A stretch of DNA of 64,000 nt from a candidate division WOR-3 bacterium (GCA_039802605.1 JBDRWW010000001.1:160001-224000); one strand, 5' to 3'; counted from the stretch's first letter, positions 29,261 through 40,151 are shown. Program-made: numbers and translations. The notes: generated from the letters alone by a model not told the origin.

Positions 29261-30035
29261 TAAGGTTTATGTATTTTGTGGGGTTTTTCCTTATATCCTC
29301 AACCAATTCTTTTAATTGCCTTACCGTTGTGTTTAATTCTATGTATAGGGAATCGTCGGTTAATAGTTTTTGGACCGTTCCATCCGAGGATACCAACGAA
29401 TCCAACTTTTCGGCCGTTTCATCCACCTTATTCGCCGTTTGCATCAGTTGATAATAAATAACTTCAACCCTTTTGTCGGTATTGTTTACGGTATTTTTAA
29501 GGGATGACGCCAATTCCCTTAAATCCCCCGATATCGATCTAAGTTCATCCTTAGCGGAGATCACCAATTCGTTTGTATTGGTCAAAAGTATGGATGTTTT
29601 CCTTGATACACTATCTACATTTTGAAGGATTGAATTCACCGCAAACATGAAATCCGTGAAGGTTGGGGTATCCTCACCTTTAATTAGAGCATTTTCCGGC
29701 AAAAATTCCCCCCTACCCTGATATATGGAAAGCCTCCTACCACCTATGAAACCCTCGTTTTCAACCCTTGCATAGGCCCCCTCCCTGAGCTTTATATCCT
29801 CCAAATAAAAATGCACAACCACACTATCGGTGAATATCTGGATGAACTTAACCTTACCCTTTACCACACCATTTACGCTTACCGGATCACCATTACCCAA
29901 CCAACTTGCAGATTTAAGGGAAGCCCTGTAATCGTACCGTTTTTTGAGGGAAAAGGTGTCTCTTATCCAAAAAACCCCAAATATAAAAAGTGTCAAGAAG
30001 AGTATAAAGAATATCCCTACCTTTACCTTATACAT
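29244..30035 (-). CDS. MlaD/MCE-family protein
   Basis: N-terminal TM, L..GDPVSVNGVVKGKV, helical tail ending L..DIRKNPTKY. Confidence 0.9.
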   Translation of the reverse strand: MYKVKVGIFFILFLTLFIFGVFWIRDTFSLKKRYDYRASLKSASWLGNGDPVSVNGVVKGKVKFIQIFTDSVVVHFYLEDIKLREGAYARVENEGFIGGRRLSIYQGRGEFLPENALIKGEDTPTFTDFMFAVNSILQNVDSVSRKTSILLTNTNELVISAKDELRSISGDLRELASSLKNTVNNTDKRVEVIYYQLMQTANKVDETAEKLDSLVSSDGTVQKLLTDDSLYIELNTTVRQLKELVEDIRKNPTKYINLNVKIF

Positions 30036-30678
30036 TTACACCCATAGATTTTTTCCAATCGGAAATGAATTTCTCAAGCCCTATATCCGTCAACGGGTGC
30101 TTTATCAACTTCCATATAACCTCCGGGGGTACGGTTGCAATGTGGGCTCCCGCCAATGCGGCCTCAACGAAATGAAGGGGATGTCTTATACTGGCGGCAA
30201 TGATTTGGGTCTCTATACCATGAAGTGTAAAGATTTGTGAAACCTGTTTGATCAAATCTATCCCGTAGTATCCTATGTCATCTATCCTACCTATAAAGGG
30301 TGATACGAAATCGGCGCCGGCTCTGGCGGCCAAAAGGGCTTGAGATGGGGAAAATATAAGGGTCATATTAACCCTAACTCCCTTCTCTTTTAAACCCTGT
30401 AAGGCTATTAAACCCTCTTGGGTCATAGGGAGCTTAACAACTATGTTTGGGTGTATGGAGGCGTATTCCAACCCTTCCTTTATCATAGATTCGGCATCTT
30501 CCGAGACCACTTCCGCCGAAACATGCTCAACCAATTGTGCCAACTCGTAATAAACCTCTTTCGGTTCTTTGCCCGTCTTTGATAAAAGCGTGGGATTTGT
30601 CGTTACACCGGAAACAAACCCCAACTTAACGATCCTCCTTATCTCGTCTATATCGGCACTATCAATAAAAACCTTCAT
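30028..30678 (-). CDS. tal: Transaldolase / fructose-6-phosphate aldolase family
   Basis: FIDSA, GVTTNPTL, VVKLPMT, FVSPFIGR, AASIRHP, HPLTD.G. Confidence 0.93.
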   Translation of the reverse strand: MKVFIDSADIDEIRRIVKLGFVSGVTTNPTLLSKTGKEPKEVYYELAQLVEHVSAEVVSEDAESMIKEGLEYASIHPNIVVKLPMTQEGLIALQGLKEKGVRVNMTLIFSPSQALLAARAGADFVSPFIGRIDDIGYYGIDLIKQVSQIFTLHGIETQIIAASIRHPLHFVEAALAGAHIATVPPEVIWKLIKHPLTDIGLEKFISDWKKSMGVNV

Positions 30679-30746
30679 CAAGCGTGTATTTTAAAGGCGA
30701 AAATATTCCCAAACAAAATATTAATTCACCCTTAAAATTTTTGCCT

Positions 30747-32780
30747 ATGGTTTGGATGGTGGGATTAACATGGGTACCTTTAAGTATAAATGGGGGAAAT
30801 GTTAGGGTTTATTCCTTTGGGGATACCCTGGCCGCCGTGGGTATAACATCAATATGGGTATCGTACAACAGGGGTAATTCTTGGAACCTCGCATATTGGG
30901 GGGATATTAATTCATGCTGTGTTAAGGCATATACCACATCCTCCAAAAAGTTGTTTTTCGCAAACGGAAATGTGGTGTATGAATTGAATTTAAACACCCT
31001 AACAACCAATACATTCCCATTACCTTATGGAGTGGTGGGTATGGTTGGGGAACCGCATCCCAACCCATCCTTTTACCCCCTTTACATATTCACATCAACA
31101 TTCGCTTTGGATTCAATAATAGTTTTCAAATCAACGGACGGCGGGGCCTCTTGGAGTGAAGTTTCAAGGTTTTTTGTTGGGTATAATACGAGGTTTTTGA
31201 ACGCATCGTCGAAAGGTTCTTCGGTTTTTATGGTTTTATATACCGCAAATCCAACGGATTCCACGCTGAAATTTTACCTTTCAAACAATGGGGGGTTGAG
31301 TTGGAGTTTGGTATATACCCTTCCCGCAACTTCCGGAAATTATCAGAATGTTTATTCCACGGATGTTTTATCGGGTAAATTGTTATTCACCGTACTCAGG
31401 TCATCATTTCCACAAAAGGGTTTCCTTTATATATCAAGGGATGGGGGTTTAACATGGAATGCCGTGGATTCATCCGATAGTTGGGGATTTGCAAAGTTTA
31501 TAAATGACAGTTTAATAATAGGTTTTAGGCCTTTTGCCGTATCCAAAAACTGGATTGTTTTCAACATAAATACCAACTCCTATACCGTTATTGATACTTT
31601 TGACATACCTAGGAATCACGATTTAACGCCCTATGGTTGGGTTTTCGGATTGGCCTCAAACGGCGTTAGGCTAGCCCCGGATGTTTTAAACCCATCCACT
31701 TGGAGTTTGCTAAACAACGGTTTAAGGGCTTACGCCGTTGGAAGGAATGCTATATCAATAAACGGAAGTAATATCCTAATCGTTGATGTTACTGGAAATC
31801 GTATTTTCCTATCAAACGACAACGGAGCCACTTGGAACATGGTTTATAACCCCATATTTGATTATACTTCGGGCGTTGGTGGGTTTAGTGTGGAGTTTTT
31901 CGGAACGAATAAGGCAATATCCTCCATAGTTAATGGCGGTGCCTATTCCGTATTAAGTACATCTTCTGATGGTGGGAATACTTGGACGCCTCTGATGTAT
32001 AACCTCAATGTTATGGTGGATATTCAGAGGTGGAACGGGGATACGCTTCTGGGTGTTGGTTTAAACTATATATTCGGTCAGTCGGGCGTTTTTAGGAGTT
32101 TTAACGGGGGTTTAAGTTGGGCAAACACCTACCCCTATGCCCTTCCTTTAAATTATTACTCCTTCACCCACAAAATAATAAAATCCGGTTTAAGTCTTTA
32201 CCTTTTGAGGGAAACCACAAATGTCTTTGTTTCAAATGACATGGGTACGAGTTTTAACATAATACCCAACCCCTCACCAAACGATACGATACTATCAATA
32301 TGCCCGGCAAATAGTGGGTTTTACGCCCTGGTTTCCTCCCCAACATTTGACGGCATAAGGCTTTATAACGGGAGTTGGACGGATGTTTGGACTTCCCCTT
32401 TGTACATATTACCAAACAGACTTTTGGCGGATATATCCTCAAACGGGAATTTCGTGGCGGCCACATTTAGCTATCCTTTACCAATTGTTTATTACAGGGG
32501 TATAACATCAACCACCGAGGGCATGGATACCCTTCCGGATTACATATTACCAACCGCTATAAGCATAACCGCGAATAATAGGATAATAGTTTGTAGTGTT
32601 TGGACAACGGGTTGTGTTATCAGCGATCCTTTGACTGGGATATCGGAAAGGGTTTATAAGACATCCGCAAAAGGTTCGGTTATATACGATGTTTTGGGCA
32701 GGAAGGTGAAGGGTATGGATAAGAGGGGTGTTTATTTTGTGAAAGAGGGGGGAAAGGTTAAAAGGGTGATTGTTAGGTAA
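30747..32780 (+). CDS. BNR/Asp-box beta-propeller protein with T9SS-like tail
   Basis: Several S.DGG..W boxes; tail IYDVLGRKV...RGVYFVK; TAAAAT 8 nt upstream of ATG 30747. Confidence 0.85.
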   Translation: MVWMVGLTWVPLSINGGNVRVYSFGDTLAAVGITSIWVSYNRGNSWNLAYWGDINSCCVKAYTTSSKKLFFANGNVVYELNLNTLTTNTFPLPYGVVGMVGEPHPNPSFYPLYIFTSTFALDSIIVFKSTDGGASWSEVSRFFVGYNTRFLNASSKGSSVFMVLYTANPTDSTLKFYLSNNGGLSWSLVYTLPATSGNYQNVYSTDVLSGKLLFTVLRSSFPQKGFLYISRDGGLTWNAVDSSDSWGFAKFINDSLIIGFRPFAVSKNWIVFNINTNSYTVIDTFDIPRNHDLTPYGWVFGLASNGVRLAPDVLNPSTWSLLNNGLRAYAVGRNAISINGSNILIVDVTGNRIFLSNDNGATWNMVYNPIFDYTSGVGGFSVEFFGTNKAISSIVNGGAYSVLSTSSDGGNTWTPLMYNLNVMVDIQRWNGDTLLGVGLNYIFGQSGVFRSFNGGLSWANTYPYALPLNYYSFTHKIIKSGLSLYLLRETTNVFVSNDMGTSFNIIPNPSPNDTILSICPANSGFYALVSSPTFDGIRLYNGSWTDVWTSPLYILPNRLLADISSNGNFVAATFSYPLPIVYYRGITSTTEGMDTLPDYILPTAISITANNRIIVCSVWTTGCVISDPLTGISERVYKTSAKGSVIYDVLGRKVKGMDKRGVYFVKEGGKVKRVIVR

Positions 32781-32835
32781 ATGTAAAAGCCATCTTTATT
32801 TCGCATACGGTTCCTACGAGTTTCGGCTATATAAA

Positions 32836-34791
32836 CTAATACAGTTTTCTTTTTATCTCCTCATAGGCCCTCTTTACTTCCTCAATGCTTGCCTCATCTT
32901 CAAGCGTTGTTATATCTCCCAAAGATTTCCCCATAAAAACCGCCCTTAAAAGCCTCCTCATAATTTTCCCACTCCTCGTTTTCGGGAGTTTATCCACAAA
33001 CACTATCGCCTTCGGAACTGCTATTGGGCCTATAATCCTTTTGACCTGATCTTTTAATTCATCCTCTAACCCCCCATAAGGGTTTATCCCTTCCTTTAAA
33101 ACGACAAATGCAACGGGAACTTCCCCTTTAACCTCATCCGGTATGCTAACGACTGCGGCTTCCGAAACCTTATCGTGTTCCACAAGTGCGGATTCAATTT
33201 CATAAGTTCCCAGTCTATGACCCGCGACATTCATAACCTCATCCGCCCTACCCAAAACCCAAACATAACCGTCGTTATCCATTATGGCAAAATCTCCGGT
33301 ATAAAACTTCCCGGGGAACTTTTCCCAATAGGTTTCCACATATCTTTTATCATCCCCCCAAATGCTTAGGGGCATCCCCGGCCAAGGTGTGGTTATAACA
33401 AAATATCCCTTCTCACCTTTATCGGCTTTACTTCCGTCGGCTCTCAATACCTCTACCCCGATACCCGGTATGGGCAAACCGTTTGTACCCGGCTTTAAAG
33501 GTACCAGTTTCCACCCCGGCGTATGCGAAACCATTATTCCACCCGTCTCCGTCATCCACCAAGTTGATCCAACGGGACACCTACCACCTCCCACCAAAGA
33601 AAAATACCACTCCCAAGCCTCTGGATTTATAGGCTCCCCTACTGAATGCAAAATCCTTAAAGTGGAAAGATCGTATTTTTTAACATAATCGTCCGAATAC
33701 CTCATAAGCAACCTTATGGCCGTGGGGGAAGTATAAAATATGCTAACCCCATACCTTTCAACAATTTTCCACCAAATCCCCGGATCCGGCCAATTGGGTA
33801 CCCCCTCATACATAACGCTCGTTGCGCCCATCATAAGGGGACCAAAAACTATATAAGAATGCCCGGTTATCCAACCTATATCCGCAGCACACCAATAAAC
33901 ATCATCGTCGTTTATATCAAAAACCCACTTCATAGTGGCATGCAGTATAACCGCATACCCTCCGGTATCATGAACTATCCCTTTGGGTTTCCCGGTGGTT
34001 CCGGATGTGTAAAGTATAAAAAGCGGATGGGTGGATTCTATCTCCAAAGGTTCCAAATATACATTCTTCGGAACATCGGATAAGATTTCTTCCGCAAACA
34101 CATCTTTTTCATCCTTCTCCCAACCCCTCCCAAGCCTACGAACCACTATAACCTTTTCAACGGGATGTTCTTTTAAAACCTCCTTAACATTCGTTTGTAA
34201 AAATATTTCCTTACCCCTGCGATAATAACCATCCGCCGTTATCAGTATTTTTGCATCGCAATCCTTCATCCTCTGGGCCAAAGCGCTACCGGAAAATCCC
34301 GAAAAAACCACCGAAAATATCACCCCTATCCTTGAAAGGGCGAGCATAACCGTGGGTAACTCCGGTATCATAGGAAGATATATTGCAACCCTATCGCCCT
34401 TTTTGAGACCGAGTTTCTCCTTAAAAACATATGCCCACCTATTAACTTCGCGGTACAGTTGGTAATATGTAATTATCCTTTCAACCCCGTCCTCTCCGAG
34501 ATGAAAGTAAGCCACCTTGTTTTTCTTACCGTTTTTTATGTTTTTATCAAGGCACAAATAGGACATGTTAAGCGTTCCATCTTCAAACCATTTATAAAAA
34601 GGATGCGTTCCCGTTACCGATTTTGTGGGTTTTTTAAACCACTCTATGTTTTCCGCAACTTTAAGCCAAAAATCCGCATTGAGGGTTTTTGAGTGTTCGG
34701 ATAAGTATTCCTCCGGCGAAAGGAATTCCCAACCCTTTACGGTTATATATTCATCAAAGGGCAAACCAACATCCCTATCCTTTCCCATCAT
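32836..34791 (-). CDS. acs: Acetyl-CoA synthetase (AMP-forming)
   Basis: LYTSGTTGKPKG, ADIGWITGHSY, GEPINPEAW, WWMTETGG, LPKTRSGKIMRR; start set by TAGAAT 9 nt upstream. Confidence 0.96.
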   Translation of the reverse strand: MMGKDRDVGLPFDEYITVKGWEFLSPEEYLSEHSKTLNADFWLKVAENIEWFKKPTKSVTGTHPFYKWFEDGTLNMSYLCLDKNIKNGKKNKVAYFHLGEDGVERIITYYQLYREVNRWAYVFKEKLGLKKGDRVAIYLPMIPELPTVMLALSRIGVIFSVVFSGFSGSALAQRMKDCDAKILITADGYYRRGKEIFLQTNVKEVLKEHPVEKVIVVRRLGRGWEKDEKDVFAEEILSDVPKNVYLEPLEIESTHPLFILYTSGTTGKPKGIVHDTGGYAVILHATMKWVFDINDDDVYWCAADIGWITGHSYIVFGPLMMGATSVMYEGVPNWPDPGIWWKIVERYGVSIFYTSPTAIRLLMRYSDDYVKKYDLSTLRILHSVGEPINPEAWEWYFSLVGGGRCPVGSTWWMTETGGIMVSHTPGWKLVPLKPGTNGLPIPGIGVEVLRADGSKADKGEKGYFVITTPWPGMPLSIWGDDKRYVETYWEKFPGKFYTGDFAIMDNDGYVWVLGRADEVMNVAGHRLGTYEIESALVEHDKVSEAAVVSIPDEVKGEVPVAFVVLKEGINPYGGLEDELKDQVKRIIGPIAVPKAIVFVDKLPKTRSGKIMRRLLRAVFMGKSLGDITTLEDEASIEEVKRAYEEIKRKLY

Positions 34792-34826
34792 GGTATGCAT
34801 ATTCTACGGAAGTATAATTCCCAACT

Positions 34827-35237
34827 ATGGAAAAATGGGCGAAACTATTTTTCAACGGTGAAAATTTTGATGTGGAAACCGATTCCGGGAATTTAAATGT
34901 GGGCGATAATTCTTTATCTCCCATGGGTTTGCTATTGGTGGCCCTTGGGGGATGTACTGGAATGGATGTTTCTTCGATGCTTAAAAAGATGAAGAAAACC
35001 TTTGATTTAAGGATTGAGGTGTTTGGGAAAAGGGCGGAGGAACACCCCAGGGTTTATAGGGAAATCCGCCTAATCTATTACATATCTGGTGATGTCGATG
35101 AAAGGGAAGTTAAAAGGGTGGTTTCCCTCTCTTTAAACAAGTACTGCTCGGTTTCCGCAATGCTCAGCAAGTCATGTCCTATATTTTATACGGTTTACCT
35201 AAACGGAAAGGAGGTTGAAGGTGGAAAGAAGGGATAA
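34827..35237 (+). CDS. OsmC-family protein
   Basis: SPMGLLLVALGGCTGMDV, KYCSVSAML. Confidence 0.92.
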   Translation: MEKWAKLFFNGENFDVETDSGNLNVGDNSLSPMGLLLVALGGCTGMDVSSMLKKMKKTFDLRIEVFGKRAEEHPRVYREIRLIYYISGDVDEREVKRVVSLSLNKYCSVSAMLSKSCPIFYTVYLNGKEVEGGKKG

Positions 35238-36069
35238 ATGGCATATAAGGGGTAAAATCCTAGATGTATCCGATACGATAATTATGGGCATTCTCAACAT
35301 TACACCGGACAGTTTTTACCCGGGTAGTAGGCTAAAAGGGGTTGATGAAGCCTTAAAAAGGGCGGAAGAAATGATAAAAGGCGGGGCAAAAATACTTGAC
35401 ATAGGTGGGGAGAGTACGAGACCGGGTTCGGAACCCGTAGGAGAGGATGAGGAAAAGAGAAGGGTTATACCCGTCATAGAAGCCGTTAAAAAGGAGTTTC
35501 CCGATGCGGTTATATCTATAGACACATATAAATCCTCGGTGGCTAAGGAGGCCGTTGAGGCGGGAGCGGAAATAATAAACGACATATCGGGAGGTGTTTT
35601 TGACCCGGATATATTAAAAGTGGCAAAGGATTACGATACCGGAATAATTTTAAACCACATAAGGGGAAATCCAAAAACCATGCAGGAAAACCCGTATTAT
35701 GAGGATGTGGTTGGGGAGGTGAAGAAAGAGTTAATGGAAAGGGTACAAAGGGCTTTAAATGCGGGTATAAAGCCGGAAAGTATATGCATAGACCCGGGTA
35801 TAGGTTTTGGTAAGAGGTTGGAGGATAATTTAAAACTTATAAAAAATGCGGATGAATTCGTAAAAACGGGATATGTCGTCCTTTATGGGGTTTCAAGGAA
35901 GAGTTTTATAAAAATGGCCTTGGGTTATGAAAATCCGGAGGATAGACTATTTGCAACCTTAGGTGTTAATGCATATCTGTACTTAAAGGGGGTTCATATC
36001 CTAAGGGTTCATGATGTTAAGGAAAATATGGATGTTATTGATATTTTGAGGTTTGTGAAAAATGCCTAG
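35221..36069 (+). CDS. folP: Dihydropteroate synthase
   Basis: MGILNITPDSF, DIGGESTRPG, INDISG, DPGIGFGK, GVSRKSF, LRVHDV; GTG start after GGAGG. Confidence 0.97.
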   Translation: MERRDKWHIRGKILDVSDTIIMGILNITPDSFYPGSRLKGVDEALKRAEEMIKGGAKILDIGGESTRPGSEPVGEDEEKRRVIPVIEAVKKEFPDAVISIDTYKSSVAKEAVEAGAEIINDISGGVFDPDILKVAKDYDTGIILNHIRGNPKTMQENPYYEDVVGEVKKELMERVQRALNAGIKPESICIDPGIGFGKRLEDNLKLIKNADEFVKTGYVVLYGVSRKSFIKMALGYENPEDRLFATLGVNAYLYLKGVHILRVHDVKENMDVIDILRFVKNA

Positions 36070-36853
36070 CGAACTCGTTAAAGAGGGGGAGTACATAATA
36101 CTTTTTGGAGGACCCGATGCAAACTTTATAACGGAGTACAGGCCGGGAAAGGCTATACATTCCCATAGGGGGATATTTTACCTCCCGGAAAACCTTAAAT
36201 GGGGTGATGCTTTGGTATCAAGTAAAGGGAGGGTTTTTTATGTTATAAGGCCTTCAAATGCGGATTTCATATTGCGTTTAAAGCGCAAAACGAATATATT
36301 TTATCCGAAGGATATGGGTTTGATTTTGCTATACACAAACTTTTCCCCACTATCAAAGGTTGTGGAGGTTGGAACGGGTAGTGGTGCCATGGCGGTTTTA
36401 ATCAGCAGACTTTTAACCCCTCCGGGTAAGTTGTTTTCATACGACAATAACCCAAAGCATCAGAGGATTGCGAAGGAGAATATTGAAATGTTTGGAAAAC
36501 CCGAAAATGTCGTTTTTAGGCTTAGGGATGTCTATGAATGCGGTTTTTTGGAAAGGGATGTTGATATTGTTATAATTGATGTTCCGGAACCTTGGAGGGT
36601 TGTTCCACATGCTTACAAATCCTTAAAGGGTGGGGGATTTTTGGTTTTTGCATCCCCAAACATAGAGCAGGTTAAGGAAACCCGTAAAGTTATGGCGGAA
36701 ATGGGTTTTACGGCTATGAGAACCGTAGAGGTTCTTATGAGGGATTGGCAAATAAGGGATGTGGGTTGTAGGCCGGAACACGAGATGAGGGGGCATACCC
36801 TATTTTACTCCTTTGGTAGGAAAACCCTTAGAAGTTCAAAAGATACCACATAA
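36062..36853 (+). CDS. trmI: tRNA (adenine-58-N1)-methyltransferase
   Basis: KRKTNIFYPKD, EVGTGSGAM, DVPEPW, RPEHEMRGHT. Confidence 0.93.
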   Translation: MPSELVKEGEYIILFGGPDANFITEYRPGKAIHSHRGIFYLPENLKWGDALVSSKGRVFYVIRPSNADFILRLKRKTNIFYPKDMGLILLYTNFSPLSKVVEVGTGSGAMAVLISRLLTPPGKLFSYDNNPKHQRIAKENIEMFGKPENVVFRLRDVYECGFLERDVDIVIIDVPEPWRVVPHAYKSLKGGGFLVFASPNIEQVKETRKVMAEMGFTAMRTVEVLMRDWQIRDVGCRPEHEMRGHTLFYSFGRKTLRSSKDTT

Positions 36854-37556
36854 CTTCGTCTTTTTTCCAAGGTGGCGTCGGCTTTTCCCCACCCCATACC
36901 GTAGTGTCTCCCACAATTAAAACCTTTTCCTTACAATCACCGAGGGCATAAACCTTAAAAGACCTATTTTTTTCAAAACCGTTTATTGGGCATATTTGAA
37001 AGGCCAAGAAACCATCACCGTATAAATCCGACAAATCCAAACTAACGGATTGTCCTTTAACCAACTTTAAAAGGTCCCTCTGTTCCATCATCGTAAAGGC
37101 ATAAACCCTAAAAATGTATTCTTCTGCCCTTCCCATCCACTTTATGTCCACTTCACCCCAATCCGGGAGGAAATCCCCCAAAGGTTCCAATATTTTGTTG
37201 CATTCGGGAAATGTTAAAAGGAACCTGTTCTTTGATATTAAAACCTCAACCGTGTCGCCGGTTTTAAACTTGGATGTATAAACGCTTATAGGTGTTGAAT
37301 CCATAACGAGGTTCTGGGTGTAATTTGTTCCGTATGTCCCCAAAAACACCCTACTGTGGTATTCAAATGTCCTTTCCTCACCCTTTGAAATGACGGAAAC
37401 CCTTATCTTTTTGCCTATGGTATCCGGTTGAAAGGCGCACAATCCGTTCCCATCCCTTGAAAGTACAACAACCATATTTCCGGGAAATACTTCTTCCCTT
37501 TTAAAAAGGGTAGCACACGATAGAACAAATGCGCTAAACGGAAGAATATACCGCAT
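36828..37556 (-). CDS. Hypothetical lipoprotein
   Basis: MRYILPFSAFVLSC lipobox; 242-aa ORF overlapping the thiE end. Confidence 0.65.
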   Translation of the reverse strand: MRYILPFSAFVLSCATLFKREEVFPGNMVVVLSRDGNGLCAFQPDTIGKKIRVSVISKGEERTFEYHSRVFLGTYGTNYTQNLVMDSTPISVYTSKFKTGDTVEVLISKNRFLLTFPECNKILEPLGDFLPDWGEVDIKWMGRAEEYIFRVYAFTMMEQRDLLKLVKGQSVSLDLSDLYGDGFLAFQICPINGFEKNRSFKVYALGDCKEKVLIVGDTTVWGGEKPTPPWKKDEVMWYLLNF

Positions 37557-38145
37557 CCCTTATCCTCCTCGTCGCATCCTCGGGGTCTGGGGATTTTAGA
37601 ACCGCACTAACCACGGCCACGCCGTATGCGCCTTTCTTAACCATTTCGCGGGCCCTATACTCGTCTATCCCTCCTATCGCGTAAAAGGGTATCTTTAAAA
37701 CTTCCTTAGCCCTTTCAAATAAAGAAAAGTCCGTTATTTCCTTCTCCTTTGTGGGTGATGGGTATGGGCTTGAAAAGGCCACATAATCCACACCCCTTTC
37801 TTGTAATTTCAAGGCTAAATCCAAATCATCATAGCAGGAAACCCCTAAGATTTTCCCCCTTAGAATTTCCCTAGCCCTTTCAAAAGGCATATCATCCTTG
37901 CCTATATGGGCCCCCGAGAATACCCTCCCCAATTCAACAAAATCGTTTATTATTAGTGGAACACCGTAATCAAGGCATATTTTAAACAATTCCGAAGCAA
38001 CTTTCTGTACCCTTTCGGGTTCCCAATCCTTAGCCCTTAACTGAATAACATCCGCACCACCCTTCAAAACCCTTTCACAAACCCCAGGCATATCGCCCTC
38101 ATCAACATAAAAACTGTCAATAATTATATAAACCCTTCCCAACAA
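37534..38145 (-). CDS. thiE: Thiamine-phosphate synthase
   Basis: IQLRAK, LIIND, GAHIGKDD, GVSC, PSPTK, AIGGI, AVVSAV. Confidence 0.93.
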   Translation of the reverse strand: MLGRVYIIIDSFYVDEGDMPGVCERVLKGGADVIQLRAKDWEPERVQKVASELFKICLDYGVPLIINDFVELGRVFSGAHIGKDDMPFERAREILRGKILGVSCYDDLDLALKLQERGVDYVAFSSPYPSPTKEKEITDFSLFERAKEVLKIPFYAIGGIDEYRAREMVKKGAYGVAVVSAVLKSPDPEDATRRIRDAVYSSV

Positions 38146-38178
38146 GTTGGAAATTTTAAAGCCGTAGAATAAACGGCT

Positions 38179-40140
38179 ATGAATTGGGAAGAGGTTGCAT
38201 ACTATTGCCTGTTATCCCGACAAATGGATATAAAGGAGAAAAGGGAGAGATTACCCATGAGCTTTTCCGCAGCCGGGCATGAACTGGTTCAGGTTTTAAC
38301 CGCATTACTTATGGAACACAAAAGGGATGCCGCCGCGGTTTATTACAGGTCAAGACCCTTTGCCCTTGCAAGCGGCGTTAAACCGGAAGATATATTTGCC
38401 GCAAATTTGGGTAAAAGTGGTTTTCCCTCAAACGGCAGGGATGTGGGTATGATGTATTTTCTACCAGAAGGAAAGGGGAAAAACATAATTTTACCAACCG
38501 CGGGCGATGTGGGTAGTCAGTTTCCAAAGGCCCTGGGTTGGGCACAGGCGATAAGGTATCATAGCGAAGTTTTGGGAAACAGCGAATGGGAAGGGGCGGT
38601 TGCGGTTGCCATGGGCGGTGATGGGAGTATTGCTTCAAATGGGTTTTGGAGCGCTTTAAATGCCGCAACGACATTAAAACTTCCTCTAATTTTTGTTATA
38701 GAAGACAACGGTTGGGGTATAGGTGTTCCATCTTATTTACAAACGCCGAACGGAAATATAGCGGAAAACCTTAAAAACTTTGGAAACTTAAAGGTTTTGG
38801 ATGGTGTGGGTTATGTTCCGGAGGAAACGCTTGGGGTTTTAAAGGAGGGGTTTAACCACGCGAGGATGGGTAAAGGTCCAGTTTTGGTAAGGTTAAGGGT
38901 TGCGAGGATTGAGGGACATAGCATAAGCGATAGGCAGGAGTATAGGAGTAAGGAAGAGTTGGAAGAAGAATCGCAAAAGGACCCTTTAAATTATTTAAAG
39001 GCTTTGGTTCCAAACTGGGAAAATCTGGAAGAGAGGGTAAAAACGGATATCGAAAGGGCTTGGGAAGAGGCCATAAAAAGGGATTATCCGAAGGGTGAAA
39101 GTGCAAAAAGGTTTGTTTTCTTTGAGGGTGAGAGGGCTTATGGAGATGCTACTAGGAAATTCTCATTTAACAAACATCCTAAGATGAAAATGGCATTGGC
39201 GATAAGGAAAGCCCTTGAAGAGGCTTTGGAAGAGGATAAAACGGTTTTAATTTTTGGTGAGGATGTTGGTTTAAAGGGTGGGATTTATGGGATAACGAGG
39301 GGTTTAATGGAAAGGTTTGGGGGAAATAGGGTTTTTGACACATCTTTGAACGAATTGGGAATTGTGGGAAGGGCGGAAGGTTTGGCAATATCCGGATTAA
39401 AGCCAATTGCGGAGATACAGTTTAGAAAGTATGCGGATGAGGCGAGGCAGGCCATACATAATATAGGTTTTCTAAGGTGGAGGACTTACAATAACTTTTC
39501 CGCACCCGTTATAATAAGGATACCCGTGGGCTTTATAAAGGGAATATCGGATCCTTGGCATAGTTTTTCGGCCGAACAGGAGTTCTTACATATGTTCGGT
39601 TGGAAGGTTGCATACCCTTCAAATTCCGAGGATGCGTATTATTTGTTAAAAGACGCCCTTTCCTCAAACGATCCGGTGATATTCTTAGAGCATAGGGAGT
39701 TATACTTCTCAAAGTTGGCGGAAAGGGAGATAAAGGAATACCTTCCCTTTGGAAAGGCGAGGTTTTTAAAGGGGGGGAATTTATTGACCGTTGTGAGTTG
39801 GGGGTATATGGTTTATGAGGTATTGGAGGGGGTTGATGGTTTGGATGTTGAGGTAATAGATTTGAGAACTTTGAGGCCTTGGGACGAGGATGCGGTAATA
39901 AACTCCGTAAAAAAGACGGGAAGGCTGCTCGTAGTCCATGAAGATTCTTCAACCTGTGGTTTTGGGGCGGAAATAGTTTCAAGGGTTGTTGAAAGGTGTT
40001 TTGGATTTTTAAAGTGCGCACCCAAGAGGTTAGCCGTTCCGGATATACCGGTACCCTTTTCAAAAACACTTTTTGAAGAGGTGGTTCCGAACTCACAAAA
40101 GATAAGGAATGCTGCCCTTGAAATAATACAGCAACATTAA
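38179..40140 (+). CDS. Fused alpha/beta 2-oxoacid dehydrogenase E1
   Basis: GHE, YYRSRP, TPP motif GDG...N, GHS..D, FGEDVG.KGG, RVFDT.L.E, IAEIQF, IDLRTL. Confidence 0.92.
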   Translation: MNWEEVAYYCLLSRQMDIKEKRERLPMSFSAAGHELVQVLTALLMEHKRDAAAVYYRSRPFALASGVKPEDIFAANLGKSGFPSNGRDVGMMYFLPEGKGKNIILPTAGDVGSQFPKALGWAQAIRYHSEVLGNSEWEGAVAVAMGGDGSIASNGFWSALNAATTLKLPLIFVIEDNGWGIGVPSYLQTPNGNIAENLKNFGNLKVLDGVGYVPEETLGVLKEGFNHARMGKGPVLVRLRVARIEGHSISDRQEYRSKEELEEESQKDPLNYLKALVPNWENLEERVKTDIERAWEEAIKRDYPKGESAKRFVFFEGERAYGDATRKFSFNKHPKMKMALAIRKALEEALEEDKTVLIFGEDVGLKGGIYGITRGLMERFGGNRVFDTSLNELGIVGRAEGLAISGLKPIAEIQFRKYADEARQAIHNIGFLRWRTYNNFSAPVIIRIPVGFIKGISDPWHSFSAEQEFLHMFGWKVAYPSNSEDAYYLLKDALSSNDPVIFLEHRELYFSKLAEREIKEYLPFGKARFLKGGNLLTVVSWGYMVYEVLEGVDGLDVEVIDLRTLRPWDEDAVINSVKKTGRLLVVHEDSSTCGFGAEIVSRVVERCFGFLKCAPKRLAVPDIPVPFSKTLFEEVVPNSQKIRNAALEIIQQH

Positions 40141-40151
40141 AATTCCCGCCA

